NCBI RefSeq assembly: GCF_004010195.1
Contig: NC_057754.1
Location: 8,584,214 to 8,648,213 of the forward strand
From: Chiloscyllium plagiosum
Lineage: Eukaryota
Reading direction: 5' to 3'
DNA: 64,000 nt
In this document: positions 24,325 to 35,730 of the stretch, one piece after another
How the letters are laid out: each line of letters starts with the position of its first letter
How positions within the stretch are numbered: position 1 is the first letter of the stretch
Made by a program: the position numbers and the translations under genes
Notes under the pieces: model-generated
What the model saw: the letters and a program-made list of their open reading frames with translations, nothing else
What the model was told of the DNA's origin: nothing
Database searches by the model: none

Positions 24325-25684
24325 CAGAGTCATAGAGTCCTCCAGCATGGAGACAGGCTCTTTGGCCCAAACTGGCCCATGCCGACCAAAACATCCATCC
24401 ACATTAACTCCATTTCCCATATCCTTCTAAACCTTTCCTATCCATGTATTTGCCCAAATGCCTTTTAAATGTTGTTGATATACTTGCCTCAACCACTTCC
24501 ACTGGCAGCTCATTCCTTACACAAACCCCTCTCTGTGTAAAAAGCTTGCCCTTCAGCTTCCTATTTATTCTTTCCCCTCTAACCTTAAACTGGTGCCCTC
24601 TAGTTATTGATTCGCCAACCCTGGGAAAAAGACTGAGTACATTTACCCAGCCATGCCTCTCTTGCTTATACACTTCATTAAGGTTCCCCCCTCCCCCACC
24701 TCATTCTCCTACACTCTAAAGTTAAAAAGTCCTGGCCTACCACCTTTCCCAATAACTCAGACCATTGAGCCCTGACAACACCCTTGTAAATTTCTCCTGA
24801 ACTCTTTCCAGTTTAATAACAACCTTCCAATAGCAAGGTGACCAAAACTGAACACAATGCTCCAACTGTGGCCTCACCAATGATCTGTACAACTGCAACA
24901 TAACTTCCCAACTTCTACACTCAATGCCCTGACTGATGAAGGCCAGTGTGCCACAAGCCTTCTTCACTGCCCTGTGACTCCCCTTTCAGAGAACCGTGCA
25001 CCTGAACTGCAAAGACCTTCTGTTCCACTACACTCATTAAGGCCCTACCATTCACCATGAAACTCCTACCTCGATTTGACTTGCCAAAATGCAAGACGTC
25101 ACACTTATCTATGTTAATCTTCATTTGCCATTTCTCGGCCCACTTCTCCAGCTGATCAAGGTCCTGCTGCAATTCCTGATAACCCTCCCCGATATACTGC
25201 TTGAGGAAACTTTCCTGTACACACTTTACAAATTCCACCCTATCTAAGCCTTTAATGCTCTGGCTCAGTATATGTTAGGAAATTTAAAATCCTCCACAAC
25301 TTCTATACTCAATGCCCTGACTGATGAAGGCCTGTGTGCCACAAGCCTTCCTCACTGCCCTGTGACTCCCCTTTCAGAGAACCGTGCACCTGAACTGCAA
25401 AGACCCTCTGTTCCACTACACTCATTAAGGCCCTACCATTCACCATGAAACTCCTGCCTCGATTTGACTTGCCAAAATGCAAGACGTCTCACTTATCTAT
25501 GTTAATCTTCATTTGCCATTTCTCGGCCCACTTCCCCAGCTGATCAAGGTCCTGCTGCAACTCCTGATAACCCTCCCCTATATACTGCTTGAGGAAACTT
25601 TCCTGTACACACTTTACAAATTCCACCCTATCTAAGCCTTTAATGCTCTGGCTCAGTATATGTTAGGAAATTTAAAATCCTCAA
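24325..25684 (-). mobile_element. CR1-type LINE fragment including a 388-bp tandem duplication
   Basis: YQELQQDLDQLEKWAEKWQM and LYRSLVRPQLEHCVQFWSP; 24909-25296 is repeated at 25297-25684. Confidence 0.85.
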
Positions 25685-25905
25685 CTGTGATAACCATTTC
25701 CTCCTCCAAGTCTCCCGAGTCTCCCTGCATATCTGTTTTGTTCATAGATTCTGAATGCCAGACAAGTTGAATCTTAATACAACTTCTACATAATTAATGC
25801 CTAGGTTTTAATGATTCTGAAATGCCCAATATTCAATATATGTCATGTTTCCATAATAGTTCTCCAGTACTGAGATGCAATGTCCACAAGTGGCCGAGTG
25901 ACTGA

Positions 25906-26071
25906 GGGTGGAGAGTGTGTGGTGCTGGAAAAGCACAGCAGGTCAGGCAGCATCTGAAGAGCAGGAAAATCGACGTTTCGGGCAGAAGCCCTTCATCAGG
26001 AACCTGCTGTGCTTTTCCAGCACCACACACTCTCCACTCTGATCTCCAGCATCTGCAGTCCTCACTTTCTC
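25906..26071. mobile_element. Palindromic Penelope-derived element with intact hammerhead-like core on the minus strand (counterpart ~43843-43993)
   Basis: gtgtggtgctggaaaagcacagcagg / cctgctgtgcttttccagcaccacac inverted pair; the reverse complement of 25971-26000 is cCTGATGAaGGGCttctGCCCGAAACGTCg. Confidence 0.8.
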
Positions 26072-26494
26072 CCTGATGATTGAGGGTGACTCGTCCATCG
26101 CTGTATTGTGATGTTTAAAATCTGCGGTCAAGTTCAGAAATTTGAAGCGATTGACAAAAGCTTTCTGCATCTTCAATTACTTAAAAAACAAAATGGTTTC
26201 CATCCCCATCCATCCATCCCTCCCACTTCAATCAGAATGGATTAGCGATAGTTTACTACTAATCTGAAGGAGTCAGAGTCGGATGTAATTATTTCAGCAG
26301 CCCATTTCACCTATAAAAAGGTAAAAGCCATGCGTTATCATCCATTTCATTAAATTATATATTTCTTTCAAACTCTTTTATTTCAAATTTCTCACATTTT
26401 AAAACATATTATCAGACAACTTTGTTCAAAGAAAATTACTTTTCCAAAATTCCAATTTCCCTATTTCTTAAAGAACCATTTCACACCAATAGAT

Positions 26495-26795
26495 GGTTAA
26501 ATGAAATTCGCCACAGTATGGAAACAGTCCCTTTGGCCCTACAAGTCCACATCGACACTCCAAAGAGTAACCCACCCAGACCTACCCATATCCTGATTCA
26601 TGCACCGAATATCATGGGCAATTTAGCATGGCCAATTCACCTGACCTGCACATCTTTGGTTTGTAGGAGGAAACCAGAGCACCCCGAGGAAATCCACGCA
26701 GACATGAGGAGAATGTGCAAACTCCGCACAGTCACCCGAGGCGAGAATTACACCACGGTCTCTGGTGCTGTGAGACAGCTGTGGTAACCACTGAG
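26495..26795 (-). mobile_element. HE1-type SINE (unit 1 only)
   Basis: Shared SINE body gccaattcacctgacctgcacatctttgg; absent at the paralogous position near 44760. Confidence 0.85.
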
Positions 26796-27659
26796 CAAAT
26801 CTTGTCATCTGCAATTGAAGATTCCCCATGGTCAAAATAGTACTTGGAAGTTCACTCTGGCCAGGAAATGTAATTCCAAACGTGATACTTCAATCATAAA
26901 GACTCTGAAATTAGACATTTCCCCAGGACTCTTTCCTCAAACTCAACACAGTATAGATCGTGCATTAATTTGAGGAAGGAGGAAATAAATTATGTCTTTT
27001 GACTTGATTTTCTTGTTGAATTAACTTTAATCAACTGTAACCCATTTAAAGAGGAAAATGTTTACCATGATTAGTGTAACAAATTCTAAATCAAAATGTC
27101 ATAGCAGGGTTTGCACTTACATGATCACGGCTAGCTCCTTAAAGCAACATCACCTTTCACCATACATGTTCCAAACTGATACCGACACATCAAACTTTCA
27201 AAGCATCTTGCCTTCGCAAAATGCAAACTGGACTCAAATTACCCCAGGTCACGAACGTCAGGGAATAAAAACACACAAATCACACAAGTCAACATTGAAC
27301 AAACAACAAACAAAGATACTGTACAAATAAACCAGACCATAAACAGTTAACACTTACTTCAGGGACCATGGCACAGAAAGTTGGTCCCTCTCTTCCTCTC
27401 TCTCTCCTTCTGTCTTTGTAAATTCTTTCTTGTTTCCTTCCAACTTTAATTTCAACTTCGTGCTCGAACTGCTAATATTAAGGCTTTGTCTTCTTCGTGA
27501 TTTTTTTCTTTTTTTTTCGCCACCTTCTTTACAAACGAGGTGTCTTTTAATTGAATTGAATGGAATTTATTGTCACGTGCACCGAGGCACATTGAAAAGC
27601 TTTGTCTTGCGAGCAATCCAGGCAGATCAGAGAGTTAAGTAGCATAGGTAAGTAAATAG

Positions 27660-28760
27660 CGGGGTTCCAATCAACTATAAACGTTTGGTCAATTTGTTCA
27701 GTAGCATTTGCCTCTCTGCTGGGGTTAAAGGTTTTAAGTTAGCTTCCTCCCTCTCCTGTAGACTCCCCTTGTCTCTCCAACTTTTAACTACTGCCCACAA
27801 AAGAGCCGCAGGCATGGGCCTTTCTGATTCAGAGGGTGACATTATTGTCCCTATGTCTGGATGTGTATGCTTCACCATCTAAGCTGTTCCAGTCAACGTC
27901 ATCTTCCTTGCCACCATGTGGGTACAGCAGGGCACAAGGTGCCTTTCCTACAGCGGCCTCCATCCCAGCTTTTTGGCCTCAGACTCTCACATCTGCGAGC
28001 CGCCACCCTCACTGTTCCCATTTCTGGCCATATTTCTGACAAGGCTTGGTAGAATTACAACCACCTTCTCATATTTATCTTTTCCTTGACCCTTCCACGG
28101 AGTTTTCTGCTCAGATCTCGGGGCGTCCGGATCACGCCCCTTTCTGACCATCTTCATGATCAGCTCCTGATTGCAATCCAGTGTACTTTCTACCAACGAC
28201 CCTTCCGGGTCCCATTTTACTTTCCCGTTGTCCTTAAACACAATCCCTTCTGAATCCCTTCCTATGCCGCCCTCAGTGTGCTCTTCCACCCTTGGCATAA
28301 TGTTGTAGGGCTCAAGTCATCCCGGTGCAGACTCTCCTCAGACCTTATTTGACCTGATTTGGGGCTCATCCTTTCCTGTTGGGAATTATGTCTGTTCACG
28401 TATCTGCCTTGCTGTGGAGCTTAATGCTCCCTGGACTGGATTCTCTCTTCAGGCCTTACCCATCCTGCTGTGGGGCTCAACTCTCCCTGAAGCGATTAGT
28501 TCTATTGATTGTCTAGTGAACACAGCACAACTCCTGACTCCCTCTCAGTTCTCTTTGTACTGCAACTTACAGCTGGGATCAACTATGGTGTTTTCACTCT
28601 TCCTAAAGGGTGGTGCTATTAAACATACTCACCGAATTAGGGTACACAGAGCTAATAATGGACCATGCAGCATCCTTCTCACAGCGCCAATAGTTGTGGG
28701 GAGAAATATCAAGAGGGGTCTTAAGTCCTGTGTGCCTTAGCACATACAATTTGTATTCAG
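27660..28760 (-). mobile_element. ERV 5' region: LTR U5 end, PBS, leader and gag remnant
   Basis: Minus strand reads ...CCCCACA actat TGGCGCTGTGAGAAGGAT, followed by a GGTGAGT donor-like site; frames KWDPEGSLVESTLDC (matrix-like) and KPLTPAERQMLLNKL (capsid-like). Confidence 0.6.
28672..28689 (-). promoter_or_regulatory. Retroviral primer-binding site complementary to the tRNA-Ser(CGA) 3' end
   Basis: TGGCGCTGTGAGAAGGAT matches 17/18 of TGGCGCTGTGAGCAGGAT (tRNA end recalled from memory) and lies 5 nt from an LTR-type CA. Confidence 0.7.
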
Positions 28761-29673
28761 AGGTGTGCGGCCAGATATATGGGAAAGGCCAGGAACCACC
28801 CTGAATCTGGCTTTCACATGGAGCCAGGTGGCCCTCTTAATCATAGTTCACATCTGAAGATCAATGACGCTCTGAGTTGCCCAGCGAAATGCAGTACCTT
28901 TCATGTTACAATAATTACATGCAACATTGATGTCATTGTTAGCCACATCTCCCCAATAAATACATTCAATCCAGTAAACACATAATCAATGATGGATAGC
29001 TCTACAGGCAGCCCAAGGTCCTCCCATAATACCATGATGTCTAACAGGTATCTCCATCATGTCTTTGGGATCTTACAATGCTTCTGACAGGTTTATTACT
29101 TCCCAGACACCTGACAGCCTAAATAGTTGCTTTTCATTAAGAGCGCTTCCAACTTCTGTACTAACTTTAGTATGGCAGATTAGGAAGGATATTAATTTCT
29201 ACCACTTCAACCTTTCTCATTTCAACCTGAGAGATCAAGCAAAATTCCTTCAGACTTCCAGCAGCAGCTCAGGCCCTCTGCTATTTGTATGATGCAAGTG
29301 GGTTTTAAAGTGAAGCTTCATTTTAATTTTTTTTTGACAGTTTCCCCTCTAAACATTTCCATTACCTTTTCTTCATAAAAGCATCGATTGGAATTCCACT
29401 GATAAGGGTGAAATTCAATCATTTTAAATCTTTACCAAGCTATTAAGCGAAACATGTTTAGATTCCACAAGGAACGAGGCAACATAACCATATCTTCACT
29501 CTGTATTTTGTTATCTGGCTTTGTCACTCCTCCCTTGATCTATGGATATAACAGCCTGTTCGAATTATCTGCACTTGCAACTTAAGTTTTGAATATTCAT
29601 CTTTCCCAATCGTGTCCTCTCCTACGCCAATGTGTTTGTTTTTGGAGGTCCTCTTTGAACCAGTTATCACTTT

Positions 29674-30427
29674 ATCTTCCCTCATAATTAGGCCTCTTAA
29701 TTTGCCTATAAACATTCACTCATAGAATGTAACTAACTTTTTCACACTAATTTGTTGCTTGCCTTGTCTTCTATGTTTTACTGAATGAAAAACTTGAGGC
29801 TGTGGCCCTACAAAAGTCCCCTTTGTTCGAGCGTTGATATGTTCAGAATTGCCTATTTATAGAAACCTGATTAACTTCCTGAATGTTTCTTTCTGTGGAG
29901 AATCTCATCTTATCCACCATATCTATACAGAGATGGCAAACCTAGCTGTGAACATCTACTGTCCATAACTATTAAACCATTTCGACCATTTTGTGTTAGC
30001 TAAAACAGCCCAAGCGGCCATCTTGTTAACTTCATCATGGGCCATTTCATTACCCTAGCAACTGACTATGGATCAACCACCTCACTGTTCCCTTAGCAAC
30101 GCCTGGAAGCCTCAATCCCTATCACTGGTCTTCCCTAACAATGGTCTTCTGCCACACCCCCCACTCGATTCCCCGAGCAACAGCAAATTGCCTGACGTAC
30201 ACTCTGTTTCCCTTGCAATGTTCTGTTACCCTACCCACCTGTTCCCTGGCCCCACACTGTGGCTCCCTCAGCAATGGCTTGTGTACCACTCCCACTCTGT
30301 TCCCTACCAATGGCCAGTGGTCCCTCACGTTTCCCCTAGTAATGGCCAGTGGTCCAACAATGACCCAGATCCCGAGTGAAGCCATTCCCACTCTGCTCCC
30401 TTAGCAACAGGCCCTGGCCTAACCTCC
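29674..30427 (+). repeat. Inverted duplication, left arm (~750 bp)
   Basis: Reverse complement of 34889-35640; the ORF track shows identical mirrored ORFs (30068..30379+ and 34937..35248-). Confidence 0.95.
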
Positions 30428-30677
30428 CCACCCCAGTCTGACTCATCACCCTCACCTTGACCTCTTTCCACCTATCACATTTCCGACGCCCCTCCCCCAA
30501 GTCCCTCCTCCCTACCTTTTATCTTAGCCTGCTGGACAAACTTTCCTCATTCCTGAAGAAGGGCTTATGCCCGAAACGTCGATTCTCCTGTTCCCTGGAT
30601 GCTGCCTGACCTGCTGTGCTTTTCCAGCAACACATTTCCAGCTCTGATCTCCAGCATCTGCAGACCTCACTTTCTCC
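30428..30677 (+). mobile_element. Penelope-derived 3' tail with intact hammerhead-like core, at the inversion breakpoint
   Basis: CTGAAGAaGGGCttatGCCCGAAACGTC at 30553-30580; ends gcatctgcagacctcactttctc. Confidence 0.85.
30551..30582 (+). ncRNA. Candidate minimal type I hammerhead ribozyme (representative copy)
   Basis: CUGAAGA-A-GGGC(UUAU)GCCC-GAAA-CG-UC: full catalytic core, 4-bp stem II, palindromic ACGU stem III. Stem I is only ~2 bp and activity is untested. Confidence 0.6.
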
Positions 30678-32958
30678 TCTCTAGGGAACCACGTGACGAA
30701 AGCTATTGACCACTCTTTTTGCCTTGATACTCCGTAATGGAATTGCCTCTGGAAATCTGGTAGACACATCCATTATAGTTAACAAATACTGGTTCCCACA
30801 TTTACTTTTCAGGAAGGGACCTACACAATCATTGATAAACCACGTAAAATGTTCTTCCAAAATGGGAATTGGCAACCAAGGGGCTGGTTTTATTACTGCC
30901 TGTGGCTTACCTACCATTTGGCATGTTTGATAGGTACAGCAGAAGTTAACCACATCTTTGCACATTCCAAACCAACAGAAATGTTTTTGTTCCTCAGCGT
31001 GACTCTTCTGTACACCTAGGTGACCTCCTACTGCTAGTTCATTTTCTATGCATAACACCTCCTAACCTTCCAGAAATTCTTGTTGGAAGCTAAACTTTGT
31101 CTTATGCACCAACGTATATTCATCTGCCATCTCTGCAGCTCTTCCCACTTCCTGAACTTTCTTTTCATTCACATGAATTCTTATAATCTCTGGAAGTGAA
31201 TTTTTAATCTCTGTGATTCTATGACTGCTCCAACAGAATAATCTCTCTTCCAGTCTCATAGATCTTATCTATTTTTAAGGCCTGCAAAATGACTCTGTTT
31301 AATTCTTTTGAACTCAACAAAAGACTGACTGGTTCGTTCTTTATGTTTCTGAACCGCTGTCTTTATGCTTCTGGTACTGACTCATAGCACTTAAAATAGC
31401 CTGCTTGACCTCTGCATAATCTCTTGACCCCCTCGTCTGATAGCACTGCAAATACCTCACTAGCTCTGCCTACCAGTTTAGTCTGAAGTAACATTACCCA
31501 CAAGTCCTCTGACCACTCCATCTGCCTTGCCAAATTTAAAATGAAATAAAGAAGGCTTCAACATCTTTCTTTTGAAAATGTGGCAGAGTTTTGATATATT
31601 GGTATATACTGTATCAGGACCTTCTCTCTTCATCTCCATCCTGTTAACTTGCCTTTCCTGACTAATTCACAACTTCTGAAGTTCAAATTCTCTCTGCCTT
31701 CCTCTTTCATCTCTTTCTCTTTGCTCAGCTGAGTACCATCTCTCCCTTTCCTTTTCCTCTCTCTCTTTCTCCATCTTTATCTTCTAATTCAGTTTTCCTC
31801 AATTGTAATGTCAGTTTTTCTAACTCGACTGCACTTGTCTGTTTCTCTGACGCACTGAAGTCCTAGACTAACTCCCTTACAATTTCAGCTTTACTTTTGT
31901 CCTTGGTCAAATCCAATTCTATTTGCTAATTCTAAAAATATGGCCTTTCTCAGTCTTTTTCAACTTTCCTGATAAATTATTTATCACCTCCAAACCCCAG
32001 AACCTCTTTAGCATTTCTATCCATTTTAACTGAACCAACTACAAATAACCAAAATTAAACAAATTGTCTCAGCTATGTTTTATTTACAGATCTTGGACAC
32101 TAATCAAAAAGTGTTTAAATCTGCTGGGATCTTTTCTATCCCAAATCTGCTCAAATCTGTCCAAATTTCAGACTGGATCTATCTAAACCAGTCCAAATGA
32201 GAGACCCAAGCTCCCAAACTGTTACGACACAGCAGTGAGCTCTTCTGCTAATTAAACCAAGCAGCCAGAAAAGCTCACCCTGCCTCATAATCTGTTAAAG
32301 TATGAGTGACAGAGAACTTCCAAATTCTACTATTTAAAGAAAACAATTAATTTATTGTTTTACTCTCCAAGTGAAAATTAAACAAAAGGTATTTACAGCT
32401 CCAAGCCACCTTTCTCTGAACTGTTTATCATCTGCCTCCAACTCAATAACATAATACTGTTCTAATAACCGCCTGTATTAAAATTACATCAACATAATTT
32501 CAAAACCACACAGTGGCTGTCATCTCTGGTGTCCTCCTTCTTTCAGCTGAAGATCTCCCTGGGTCATCTGCTGTCTTCAGCTGCAAAGATGTTTCATATG
32601 AAAAGATATCCTTGCTGGAGAGTGTATTGCTGTCAGCTACTCTGGCGAGGGCTGTTGGTCTCTCTGGCTAACTTTCAAAATGTCTGCTTCTTTATACCCT
32701 AACATCGGATATACCCTAATATTCGATTGGGTATTATTATCCTGGGGCATAAGTTAAACTGATTGGCTAAATTCAAATGGTCGTCAAAACAGCAACCAAA
32801 GCTCAAGTATTTCTTTCATAGCTAAATGTTACAGATGGTCATTTTTGCAGCACACACTGAGACTGCTAGTCAGTCACATGTCAGGTGCCTTGAGGCTCTC
32901 TGTGTAAAGAACTTTCGCCCTGTCTTAAAGGCACAGTACATGTCTTCAACTTCATATT
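30677..32958 (-). mobile_element. Gmr1-type Gypsy 5' half (family A LTR 32220-32958, gag remnant, integrase N-half), inverted relative to its 3' half
   Basis: ORF 30681..31058: GGHLGV...FCCTYQTCQMVGKP...DCVGPF...YLLTIMDVSTRFPEAIPL; AAEMADEY gag motif; LTR boundary TGTTACG at 32220. Confidence 0.88.
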
Positions 32959-33924
32959 TCACATGTAGACACAGACAGGCACATCCAAAATCTGCGAAAT
33001 ATCTAGAGTATTAAGCTCAAGGAGGTTTATAAAGCTCAGTTGAAATATTCACAAAATATCATAATTAGTTGAACTCATCGACTTCCAAACTGCATAAGTC
33101 TCAATTTTGATCAATAGAGAATTTATTGGTGCACCTACAAAAGTTTTAAAATGTTTTCTTAATGGAGGTGCCACGTGTGTATTGCGTGCAAGCCAGCAAA
33201 TTATGAATCAACAATTTTCAATTGGAGATGTTAATCAGTGGAACCTTTCAGACATTGGGCTGTAGAATTTCCACCAAAAATCAGTAAAGTAAGAGTTCAT
33301 TGCTTTCTTGTTCAGCAAACTTTGTTTTAATCGGCATCTCATGAACTTAGATAAACTGGAAGCAGTTCTGCACCTAAACTACTGTAAGTTTACTGTATTG
33401 GCGGGATCTCTGCGATGTCCAAGCAGCGAGCTGAGGGTGCGAATGGGAAGGCACTCGGTTTTGTTTAAGAGCAAAGTTGCGTTATCATTGAAATGCCTGA
33501 CGATGGAAATGAAGTATAATATTGATTCGTATATTCCCTGCATTCTTTAGTTGTGTTTTTACATTGATTATGTGGACTGCTTGATCAACACTCTCTAGAC
33601 CCATAAAAAGTTGTTGTAATTGCGCCTGTGTCAAGACTTCTTGGAATACAAGGTAGGACATCCGATGATCCATTTGAAAAGGGACACTGCTGATCCCAAA
33701 TTAGGATAAATCAGGAGAGGTTAATCAGTGGAACCTTTCAGACATTGGACTGCAGAATTTTCACTAAAGATCAATTTAGGATTGAAGTAAAAGTTTATTA
33801 TTTTATTCTAATTGCACCTCTGTCAAGATTTCTTGAAATCAAAGGCAAAATAACAAATGATGCATTTAGAAAGGGACACATGATCAAAATTCAGTGACAT
33901 GTCCAGAATATTAAGTCACGATTT

Positions 33925-34262
33925 GGAGACAGTGGTGTTGGACTGAGGTGTACAAAGGAAAAAAATCACACAACATTGGGTTTTAGTCCAACAGGTACAT
34001 TTAGAACACTAGCTTTGGGAACGCAGCTTCTTCATCAGGTGGTTGTGGAGAATAAGATTGTAACACACCGAATTTATAGCAAGAATTTACAGTGTGATGT
34101 AACTGAAATCATTTATTGAAAAAGATCTGGGTTGTTTGTTAAGTCTCTCATCTTTTAGAATTATCATTTTTTTAAACGCTTATTTTGAATGTTACATACT
34201 CAAGTTAACATTAACAATTGATGTCATGTTGGCCCAGATAATATATTGAAGGTGTTAGGTCC
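33925..34262 (-). mobile_element. Penelope-like 3' tail, same family as 121-1422
   Basis: aaaatcacacaacattggg...ttcatcaggtggttgtggag...aagtctctcatct is collinear with 121-430. Confidence 0.8.
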
Positions 34263-34274
34263 ATTCATCTGTAA

Positions 34275-34661
34275 CTAGGCCATTGCTCGGGGAGCAGTGT
34301 GGCAGGTGTGTTTAAGACCATTTCAAGGGGAACATTGTGGCGGTTGGGTTCAAGGTCATTGCGGGGGAAGAGTGTGGTAGTTGGATTGAAGGGCGTTGCT
34401 GGGGGATTAATGGGGCAGGTGGATTCAAGGACATTGCTAGGGGATCAGTGTATCCTGTGGATGCAAGGTCATTGCTAGGGGAACTGTATGGCAGGTGGAT
34501 TTAATGGCGTTGCTCGAGGAATAATGTAGTGGTTGGGGTTCAAGGTCATTGCTCGGGGAAAGGTGTGGCCTGTGGGTTCAAGGGCGTTGTTGGGGACAAG
34601 TGTGGTGGTAGGACATAGCCAATTGTTGAGAGAACAGACCTGGAATGATGCAGCAAGCCAT
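34275..34661 (-). repeat. 38-bp-unit minisatellite (degenerate), inverted
   Basis: Reverse complement of the array at 45720-46260. Confidence 0.8.
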
Positions 34662-34673
34662 TGTTTAGGGAGT

Positions 34674-34871
34674 TGAAAATGTGTTGCTGGAAAAGCGCAG
34701 CAGGTCAGGCAGCATCCAGGGAACAGGAGAATCGACGTTTCGGGCATAAGCCCTTCTTCAGAAATGAGGAAAGTTTGTCCAGCAGGCTAAGATAAAAGGT
34801 AGGGAGGAGGGACTTGGGGGAGGGGCGTGAGGCGCTCTTCCTCCAACCGTCGTGTTGTTGTGGTCTGGCGA
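34674..34871 (-). mobile_element. Penelope-derived insertion with perfect 12-bp TSD and intact hammerhead-like core
   Basis: tgtttagggagt at 34662-34673 and 34872-34883; core at 34732-34763 on the minus strand. Confidence 0.85.
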
Positions 34872-34888
34872 TGTTTAGGGAGTAGCTT

Positions 34889-35640
34889 GGAGGTTAGGCC
34901 AGGGCCTGTTGCTAAGGGAGCAGAGTGGGAATGGCTTCACTCGGGATCTGGGTCATTGTTGGACCACTGGCCATTACTAGGGGAAACGTGAGGGACCACT
35001 GGCCATTGGTAGGGAACAGAGTGGGAGTGGTACACAAGCCATTGCTGAGGGAGCCACAGTGTGGGGCCAGGGAACAGGTGGGTAGGGTAACAGAACATTG
35101 CAAGGGAAACAGAGTGTACGTCAGGCAATTTGCTGTTGCTCGGGGAATCGAGTGGGGGGTGTGGCAGAAGACCATTGTTAGGGAAGACCAGTGATAGGGA
35201 TTGAGGCTTCCAGGCGTTGCTAAGGGAACAGTGAGGTGGTTGATCCATAGTCTGTTGCTAGGGTAATGAAATGGCCCATGATGAAGTTAACAAGATGGCC
35301 GCTTGGGCTGATTTAGCTAACACAAAATGGTCGAAATGGTTTAATAGTTATGGACAGTAGATGTTCACAGCTAGGTTTGCCATCTCTGTATAGATATGGT
35401 GGATAAGATGAGATTCTCCACAGAAAGAAACATTCAGGAAGTTAATCAGGTTTCTATAAATAGAAAATTCTGAACATATCAACGCTCGAACAAAGGGGAC
35501 TTTTGTAAGGCCACAGCCTCAAGTTTTTTATTGAGTAAAACATAGAAGAAAAGGCAAGCAACAAATTAGTGAAAAAGTTACTTACATTCTATGAGTGAAT
35601 GTTTATAGGCAAAATAAGAGGCCTAATTATTAGGGAAGAT
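34889..35640 (-). repeat. Inverted duplication, right arm
   Basis: Near-perfect reverse complement of 29674-30427 (a few substitutions and one 2-bp indel). Confidence 0.95.
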
Positions 35641-35730
35641 GAAGAAGGGCTTATGCCCGAAACGTCGATTCTCCTGTTCCCTGGATGCTGCCTGACCTGC
35701 TGCGCTTTTCCAGCAACACATTTCCAGCTC
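35640..35730 (+). mobile_element. Penelope-derived tail fragment at the second inversion breakpoint
   Basis: Nearly identical to 30554-30644; truncated at the first C of the CUGA core. Confidence 0.85.

Larger units (their letters stand above)
15062..30427 (+). repeat. Segmental tandem duplication, unit 1
   Basis: Collinear with 36512-45715: promoter, exons, intron, 3' flank, Penelope tail, CA-rich tract, solo LTR, ERV pol, CR1 and minisatellite. Unit 1 has extra blocks at ~19952-20996, ~22940-24695 and ~27090-29796. Confidence 0.9.

Noticed and set aside
29000..29670. Purine-rich, coding-like minus-strand tract upstream of the ERV LTR end
   Set aside because: No sustained frame or recognisable motif, and the LTR 5' boundary could not be defined.
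30068..30404. ORFs identical to those at 34912-35248
   Set aside because: They are minisatellite-derived frames mirrored by the inverted duplication.
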